This document shows positions 6,701-11,719 of a stretch of 11,719 bases of DNA, piece after piece. Position 1 is the first letter of the stretch, and each line of letters begins with the position of its first letter. The DNA is from Bdellovibrionota bacterium (GTDB lineage: Bacteria > Bdellovibrionota_C > UBA2361 > JBIKWN01): the NCBI GenBank assembly GCA_044356295.1, contig JBIKWN010000121.1, positions 1 to 11,719 of the forward strand. Direction: 5' to 3'. The notes under the pieces were generated by a model, which ran no database searches, was not told the DNA's origin, and saw nothing but the letters and a program-made list of their open reading frames with translations. The translations under genes were made by a program, and so were the position numbers.

Positions 6701-7586
6701 GAACCGAAGGATTGTTGTTAATGAGTGTTGCTACAACATCTTTTACGGTTTGAATTCTTGTTTTTCCTGGAAGGTTTGCAAGCTGCAAAGATGTTGCGCC
6801 GTAGAATATCCATCGTAGGTATTCGATTCGATACCATCCAGCAGAAAGGAATACTTCTTTACCATTAAATTTAACAGTGCCTCCAATGGAACCATACGCT
6901 CTTGTGCGAAGAACTTGGGGTAGGCCATTTACATCTAGCTTCGCCCAAACATCGCCCCAGTCTTCAACGGTACGGTTTCGATCTTCTCTTCTGTATGAAG
7001 TATAGAGGTACCTATTCCCGCCTGAATCAATTACAGGAGCAGACGAATAAGTGGCTAAGTTAGAAAGAGAAAAAACGGAGCTACCAGAGATAGCAGTATT
7101 ACCGTACAGCCAAAATGCATTAGGTCCGAATTGCGGAGTTGTCGCGCCAGGTGTAGGGCAGTTTGTTCTAGAACCACTCGTGTTGATACAGGCCGCAAAT
7201 GCAATTGATGGAAGTGATGAGGCATTTGCAAAAGTATTAGTTCCAAATAGAGTTCCTGTTGAGGAACTGCTAAATCCTTGGTTGATTTCAATCAAAACGG
7301 GTCGCAAAGTTTGGCTTGTAGCAGGGGTTGCTCCTGCATTCTGCAGGCGAAAAATCATCGATGGAATGTCATTTGCTGTAGTAGTAGCGACAGCGCTCGT
7401 TGCATCAAACTCAGAATGTTCTACAACTGCATTCATTGATCCTGAATCATCAATGAGCATCATTACCTGTGGATTACCAGGTGCATCAGCAAGCACCGGA
7501 ACTTCGGATTGTGACCAGGCATGGTTATGCCAAGTAAGTGTTGTTATAAAAATAATAAAGGAACTTTTAAAAAATGTCCGAATCAT
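3771..7586 (-). CDS. pilY1: PilY1/PilC-family type IV pilus tip adhesin with vWA domain and C-terminal beta-propeller
   Basis: Signal peptide. vWA motifs 'VMMLIDDSGSM', 'GGTPL' and 'IIMLTDGLP'. PilC propeller motifs 'LGDIVYSRP', 'LVGANDGMLHAFD', 'ELWAYIP', 'YVDGP' and 'IYVGTG'. Lies downstream of the minor pilins. Confidence 0.93.
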   Translation of the reverse strand: MIRTFFKSSFIIFITTLTWHNHAWSQSEVPVLADAPGNPQVMMLIDDSGSMNAVVEHSEFDATSAVATTTANDIPSMIFRLQNAGATPATSQTLRPVLIEINQGFSSSSTGTLFGTNTFANASSLPSIAFAACINTSGSRTNCPTPGATTPQFGPNAFWLYGNTAISGSSVFSLSNLATYSSAPVIDSGGNRYLYTSYRREDRNRTVEDWGDVWAKLDVNGLPQVLRTRAYGSIGGTVKFNGKEVFLSAGWYRIEYLRWIFYGATSLQLANLPGKTRIQTVKDVVATLINNNPSVRWGLATLNGTSLSAGTFSGNLLNQWNQPLGNVSQTLPIVRRDIALSNAALLTSLNTIGAGGGTPLANRYIEVLRYFNGNTDNDSRASRTYPSPITGATAACDGYFIIMLTDGLPTSDSANSVGTQWITDLDGNGLEAPDTTNNGCSTSASCSQWLADAAKLAYDKDFSATLVGKQNVRSYAVGFGLNYALINKFAENGGTGTAYLASSTQEISDTLTNIVTLIITSPIAGAGAALAETFGETGIVYRPRFRADTWTGNIDVFNYNTSTDTLDFQFDMGALLSQRNLTTSPRRIIAGLDTGGTGNTNQTISFEETQASTLRPYLFKRFIDGLDSTTNLEPPISDINNVTSAQTVIRYLQGEAVTDLRVRDRLLTGTVDRLGDIVYSRPVEVGAKNGNYSLFPGYTAFTRDIQANQPRILLVGANDGMLHAFDSTTGQELWAYIPSSQVPFLERMTRITYNSEYRRSYVDGPISIEDVYVRGAWRTFAMFGLRKGGSTYTVLDITDRRNPTLVWEVSNPSIYGESWVKPVVVPVGSGIDASSYTFYMVVGTGEGKTTIGTNIAIYNLSSVTPPTPTTLAISTSDPIGTRTSAIAAVQDDQDFAVDRLYLGTEEGDLFRVVVTSTPATWYVAKVFDGNNTQPIVSQPLAIISDNPQFRTGGSGILGEQFALGIYVGTGRYDTIADITGVGNVSQNLYGIFDPVRPANDTYTNMLGTLTLASLQNQSPSTYQSVRGLDGIYRIPNTRAGFYIPMNTSINLVNNFIDPVGLVQYEAVNLRGAIFFSTFMPDRSSCGVGGHSFLQGLNFRTGGGLIVDYNFNPKKPFYNGGIPDTDADGDYDTTDLTNAINNRSIIPALDVKVQSIDLTKVRPYTFDGRLTQADVRLHSSNGGILPAVSSLGNVGAPNPPVISQSFQKVIIQSAYPSGTTLGNSAGGEGGTGSGGTGGTGGGTGNVPPPDMVPITIYNLPIDILSFHEVTNE

Positions 7587-7617
7587 ACCCGTACCATTTC
7601 CAATATTAAGCCGTTCG

Positions 7618-8289
7618 TTATGTTGAAGGAATCTCAGCGACTACTACAACAGTTGATTGCCCAGTACGTGTCCCTAAGGAATTATATGTCTTTCCTGTTA
7701 TACGAAATCTAATATTTCTTGGCGTTGATCCACCTGCTGGATTGTTTGACATATCTGCACCTAGGTTTGTACCAGTTGGTATGGATTCATCAAGTCGTTC
7801 GACCTGCGAAAATCCCATCTGGCTATTAAGTGTAACGTCAGCAGTTGGTAAAGAGGAACTGGATAATTGATTCCACACTGTTTTTGAAGCGTCTACAGTT
7901 GCTCCGGCTGTGAGACGAGGACCAAAATTCTTAACAATGCCACCACCAGTAGGATAAAGGTTTCTAATACAGTTTTGTCCACTGCATGATGGAATACCGT
8001 TTGTTCCAGCGTAATCTAATTGAGAGTATTCGGTGTAACTTAAAGGCATAGTATTCAAGGGGACTCTGTCTCTCCAAAGATGGGGGCGGGCAGACATTTC
8101 ACCTATTATATCGTGAATTGCTCCTTCTGATACTTGGTACGATTCTGCAACTGTGTTCTCAATTTTTTGAATCGTAAAACTTCTTATTGCAACACTTGAA
8201 AATAGGGCTCCAGCTGATGAAACAACAAGAATCAGTAACAGTGCTGTTGGCAGCGCAAGTCCTTTTTGATTGCAACGATGATTCTTCAT
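7618..8289 (-). CDS. pilX: PilX-like minor pilin
   Basis: Prepilin-like leader 'NQKG|LALPTALLLILVV' lacking Glu5, as in PilX/GspK. Directly upstream of pilY1. Confidence 0.75.
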   Translation of the reverse strand: MKNHRCNQKGLALPTALLLILVVSSAGALFSSVAIRSFTIQKIENTVAESYQVSEGAIHDIIGEMSARPHLWRDRVPLNTMPLSYTEYSQLDYAGTNGIPSCSGQNCIRNLYPTGGGIVKNFGPRLTAGATVDASKTVWNQLSSSSLPTADVTLNSQMGFSQVERLDESIPTGTNLGADMSNNPAGGSTPRNIRFRITGKTYNSLGTRTGQSTVVVVAEIPST

Positions 8290-8291
8290 TG

Positions 8292-8927
8292 TTACGTCGC
8301 CCTCGTAAAAACTGTATCAGTTACTTTTTGAGTTGCTGTTAGGCCTGAAGAGCCAATTACTTCAGCGCCTAATCGAATAAATAATTGGTTATTTACTCTA
8401 GTGAATGGATTGTCGATTGAACCATTATTATCTGCATCGATTCGTACAACGTTTTTTGCAAGCACTTTTCTGGTGCCAATCGCTAGAGGATCTCCTGCTG
8501 GCAACGTACAACTTGTTGCATTGCTACCAATAATTTCACCGCGGTAAAGTGTATTGTCAGCAACAGAATATTCATATCCAACGTAATACACTTGTGTACC
8601 AGATGTTCCTGATGAGTCATCGTGAGCGACTAAAAATCGCACGGTAGTGCTGGTTGTTGTTAATTGCGATCGGCATGTAACTAGGTTTGCATCGATTCCA
8701 ACATTGTACGGTGATACTGAAGCTGACATGCGAAGTTCACTTTGCATCAGTGCAACAGAATTTTTAAGCTCTTTTGTTGCAAGTGCTACTTTTGATTCTA
8801 AGCTTAGTCTTCGTAAAGAATCACTTACAAACGTAACTGCAGCAGCGCTGACAACCGAAAACACAGTCATGCTGACAAGTAATTCAATAAGAGATAACCC
8901 ACGTTGTTGATTTCTTTTTACCTTCAT
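8292..8927 (-). CDS. pilW: PilW-like minor pilin (prepilin N-terminal cleavage/methylation motif)
   Basis: 'QQRG|LSLIELLVSM' class III signal peptide with Glu5. 211 aa, third position in the operon. Confidence 0.75.
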   Translation of the reverse strand: MKVKRNQQRGLSLIELLVSMTVFSVVSAAAVTFVSDSLRRLSLESKVALATKELKNSVALMQSELRMSASVSPYNVGIDANLVTCRSQLTTTSTTVRFLVAHDDSSGTSGTQVYYVGYEYSVADNTLYRGEIIGSNATSCTLPAGDPLAIGTRKVLAKNVVRIDADNNGSIDNPFTRVNNQLFIRLGAEVIGSSGLTATQKVTDTVFTRAT

Positions 8928-9364
8928 TGTGTTGGTGCCATCAATGTTTCAAAATTATATTGTGTTGATCCGATTGTTCCTCGTCGTTGAGTTGCGGTAA
9001 CCGTTAAGCGAATCGCTTCGGGGGTTGCGCCAGTGGAGCTTTTTAACGCAGTCAGTCTTGTTGAATAATCTGTTTTTGCAAATGTTCCAGTAGAGGTCTC
9101 AATAACGCTTTGTCCGTTTGTAATCTGCAGAGGATCGCTTCCAAACTTTAAAAGGAGTTGTGTATATGTATTCACTCGATAACCATCGATAATTGATTGA
9201 ACGTCATTCTCAACAGCTGCGTAGCTTCTGGTTGAAGCATTTGCATTAAAGCAGATCGTAAAAAGTTTTGTCATACCGACCATGGTAATGCCGATGAGCC
9301 CAATAGCGACAAGGCTCTCAACAAGAGCGAAACCTGATTGTTTCTTGAAAGCTCTTTTATTCAT
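8924..9364 (-). CDS. pilV: PilV-like minor pilin
   Basis: 'KQSG|FALVESLVAIGLI' prepilin motif. 4-nt overlaps with both neighbours. Confidence 0.72.
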   Translation of the reverse strand: MNKRAFKKQSGFALVESLVAIGLIGITMVGMTKLFTICFNANASTRSYAAVENDVQSIIDGYRVNTYTQLLLKFGSDPLQITNGQSVIETSTGTFAKTDYSTRLTALKSSTGATPEAIRLTVTATQRRGTIGSTQYNFETLMAPTQ

Positions 9365-9795
9365 ATTTCGAGATGCCCATTTGTATTTAATGTTAACTGC
9401 ATTCTTATGGACCCGTTTTCAATCTGTAAAATTCGATCAGTTGTTACTCCTCGTAAAAGACCAAAACCATTAAAGGTAAAATCAACAGGGGTAGACACCC
9501 AAGAAGATCCAGATTGCAACGTATAGGTGCCGTCGTATATACCGTCGTCAAAATAATCCCAACTAATAGTCGAACTAGTAAAATTTAATCGTACTGGCCG
9601 TTTCAATCGAATCGCTTCAGCTCTTAATTCAGAAAGTAACATTGCTACTGTTCTTGTATCGTTCGAAACTCTCATTTGATTTCTCACAACTGCAAAATTT
9701 GGAAATGCAATCAGAGAAAGAACGCTAAATATTGTAAGCGCAGCTAATAGTTCAAGAAGGGTAAAACCAGAAGAGTGTTTTTTGATTCGTTTCAT
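9361..9795 (-). CDS. fimU: FimU/FimT (GspH-like) minor pilin
   Basis: 'SSG|FTLLELLAAL...IAFPNF' followed by 'LRAEAIR..RPV' and 'FTFNGFG', a FimT/GspH pattern. First gene of the cluster. Confidence 0.75.
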   Translation of the reverse strand: MKRIKKHSSGFTLLELLAALTIFSVLSLIAFPNFAVVRNQMRVSNDTRTVAMLLSELRAEAIRLKRPVRLNFTSSTISWDYFDDGIYDGTYTLQSGSSWVSTPVDFTFNGFGLLRGVTTDRILQIENGSIRMQLTLNTNGHLEI

Positions 9796-9869
9796 AACCT
9801 AGCAGGACTCATCGACTAGGAAGTCTAAGAGTTTTAGGGTTTGAGCCGTAAAAGATTTACTGAAATGAT

Positions 9870-10655
9870 CTACGAGATATCTACAGTAAGACCATCATAG
9901 GCATACGAAATTCCCCTAGGGAGTTTTGGGTTTTCAGAGCTGTAATCGATATCGTGAGACATATGGATAAAGTATGTCTGCTTCGCTTTAAGGGTTTGTG
10001 CTACGGCTATTGATTCTTCAATGGTAAAGTGGGTTTTGTGAGGACGATGTCTGAGTGAATCTAGGAACAGTATTTTTGCCCCCTCCATAATATTCATAGA
10101 CTCAGTGGGGATTTTGTTGCAATCAGTAGCGTAAACAAAATCACGTATTCGGAAACCCGTCACAGGTATCATCCCATGCCATAATAGGAAAGGGGTTACG
10201 TATTCATTGAGAAGTAAAAAACTTTTACCGTATTCAATGCGGTGTAGCGAAATTTTTGCAAGCAATCCACCTTGGTAATCATGATTATTCTGAAACAAAT
10301 ATCGAAATGTAATCTCAATTTCCTTAAGAGTGGTATCGGTACCGTATGCAGGGATCGGTTCTTGGCGTTTAAAATTAAAACACCTCAGATCATCAACACC
10401 AAGAATATGATCAGAGTGCTGATGGGTAAAAAGAATAGAATCAATCGATTTAATTTTTTGTTCGAGAGCTTGTTGTCTCAGGTCTGTTCCTGCATCGATT
10501 AATATTGTCGAGCCATCTTCTTTTGTAATAATTCCAGATGTTCTTAGTCGACGATTTTTACTGTCACCACCGGTGCAAACTGGGCAGGGGCATCCTGGAA
10601 CGGGTACTCCTGTGGAAGTGCCACATCCAAGCACAGTAAATGAGAGGTTCTTCAT
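9870..10655 (-). CDS. PhnP-like metallo-beta-lactamase-fold hydrolase (phosphodiesterase)
   Basis: 'VLGCGTSTGVP..GCPCPVC...NRRLRTS', 'IDAGTDLRQQ', the HxHxDH motif 'THQHSDH', then 'YATD', 'THF', 'HMSH' and 'AYDG'. Confidence 0.9.
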   Translation of the reverse strand: MKNLSFTVLGCGTSTGVPVPGCPCPVCTGGDSKNRRLRTSGIITKEDGSTILIDAGTDLRQQALEQKIKSIDSILFTHQHSDHILGVDDLRCFNFKRQEPIPAYGTDTTLKEIEITFRYLFQNNHDYQGGLLAKISLHRIEYGKSFLLLNEYVTPFLLWHGMIPVTGFRIRDFVYATDCNKIPTESMNIMEGAKILFLDSLRHRPHKTHFTIEESIAVAQTLKAKQTYFIHMSHDIDYSSENPKLPRGISYAYDGLTVDIS

Positions 10656-10732
10656 GTCGCTTTATTTTAGTAGTTTGTATGATAAAAAACTATCCCCTTG
10701 AAACATTGAGATAAAAGTATTACCGATCCCAT

Positions 10733-11125
10733 ATGACAAATGATAAAGAGCAAGCCCAACAGAGCTTTAAGGTTCAAGATAATCGACGTTTTGAGGCTGA
10801 CGGTAGTGATAAACAGACTAAAGGGGAGGACTTTATTATCAAGGATTCCTCTAATACTCAGAAAGAATCTGTTGTTGATCCCGAGATTAATTTTTCTTCT
10901 TTTATTATGTCTCTTGCAACTCAAGCTATGATGCAACTAGGCGAGATGCCTGCTATGGAAGGACAACCTGCTATTCCGAAAAATATCATCCATGCAAAAC
11001 AAACAATTGATGTTCTTTCGATGATTCGAGAAAAGACAAAAGGCAATCTTGATGAATTTGAAAATCAAATGTTTGAAGATATATTGCACACGTTACGCAT
11101 GAGCTTTGTTAAGGCTCGTGCGTAA
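10733..11125 (+). CDS. DUF1844 domain protein
   Basis: 'F.VQD.RRF' N-terminus and 'INFSSFIMSLATQAMMQLG...AKQTIDVLSMIREKTKGNL...E..LH.LRM.FV'. Confidence 0.85.
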   Translation: MTNDKEQAQQSFKVQDNRRFEADGSDKQTKGEDFIIKDSSNTQKESVVDPEINFSSFIMSLATQAMMQLGEMPAMEGQPAIPKNIIHAKQTIDVLSMIREKTKGNLDEFENQMFEDILHTLRMSFVKARA

Positions 11126-11148
11126 CGATTTTGTTTGGCCCGTCGCAA

Positions 11149-11718
11149 TTATGGTGCTATGCAACGAATTGAAAAGTAAACATTACTGGAAGCAGGTGAG
11201 CCTGATGTTACTGCCTTAAGGGAGATAAAATCAGTTGCTCCAAATGATATGCCAGAAGTCGCCGAGCACGATCCAGTTGTTGAATCTCCTAGAATAGAGC
11301 ACACAGCCGTATCTGTTCCATCGTTTCCTGCATTTTGTACCTGTACGTCTGATTGTCTTACTAACGAAAACGCCCAATCATCAGCAGGGCTTGCGCCACC
11401 TGGAACTGTTCCTAAATGGATATACACTCCAAAGGAGGAACACGTTGAACCAACAGGTACCATTTTTTCATCGAGTTGAGCGCCAGTCACTGTTGCTGAA
11501 GATGATCCGTCAATTAGAGAAATTACTCTTGATGATGCAGATGCTGATTGCGTGACGCCTCTTGATTGGAAGAGGTTAGAGCCAAGAATTCCTGAAACTC
11601 CGCTTACTCCTGCAACACCAGAAACACCACTTAAACCGATTACTCCTGAGATACCACTGAGCCCTTCAACTCCAGATACACCGCTTAATCCTTGAACTCC
11701 TGAAATACCACTGAGTCC
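11149..11718 (-). CDS. Collagen-like (Gly-X-Y) repeat protein, 3' part only (5' end lies outside the window)
   Basis: The frame stays open from 11718 to the stop at 11149 (190 codons). It reads GLSGISGVQGLSGVSGVEGLSGISGVIGLSGVSGVAGVSGVSGILGSN and then a ~140-aa beta-rich domain. The 113-aa ORF in the track is only its internal-start fragment. Confidence 0.85.
   Translation of the reverse strand, partial: GLSGISGVQGLSGVSGVEGLSGISGVIGLSGVSGVAGVSGVSGILGSNLFQSRGVTQSASASSRVISLIDGSSSATVTGAQLDEKMVPVGSTCSSFGVYIHLGTVPGGASPADDWAFSLVRQSDVQVQNAGNDGTDTAVCSILGDSTTGSCSATSGISFGATDFISLKAVTSGSPASSNVYFSIRCIAP
11575..11718 (-). repeat. Gly-X-Y triplet array with 9-aa (27-nt) higher-order period
   Basis: 16 uninterrupted triplets with unit G[LV]S-G[IV]S-G[VI]x. 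The array runs off the window end. Confidence 0.9.
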
Positions 11719-11719
11719 A

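Noticed and set aside
7051..7626. 191-aa plus-strand ORF
   Set aside because: Antisense shadow of pilY1 with no recognisable motifs.
9870..10655. Antibiotic-resistance beta-lactamase or part of a phosphonate operon
   Set aside because: The motifs fit the housekeeping PhnP-like subfamily, there is no signal peptide, and no phn genes are nearby.
10667..10936. 89-aa minus-strand and 63-aa plus-strand ORFs
   Set aside because: They overlap the well-supported DUF1844 gene.

Overview
An AT-rich bacterial chromosomal window dominated by surface-appendage genes. Left end (1-1157): a small accessory module with a DUF4160-type putative toxin paired with a BrnA-like antitoxin, bracketed by two 35-bp near-identical GC-rich direct repeats, then a DUF3592-like membrane protein. 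Centre (minus strand): a type IV minor-pilin operon (fimU/fimT-pilV-pilW-pilX-pilY1 plus a small secreted PilY2/DUF5666-like gene), directly followed by a 624-aa flagellin. The variable region of this flagellin is replaced by seven FG-GAP/VCBS-like Dx[DN]xDG repeats (a probable 7-bladed, Ca-binding beta-propeller), and it has a sigma28-like promoter. Right end: a PhnP-like MBL hydrolase, a DUF1844 protein and the 3' end of a proline-free collagen-like (Gly-X-Y) protein. The main candidates for new biology are the propeller-bearing flagellin next to a PilY1 adhesin cluster and the repeat-bounded, non-canonical toxin-antitoxin cassette. All family calls come from recognising motifs by eye; no searches were run.
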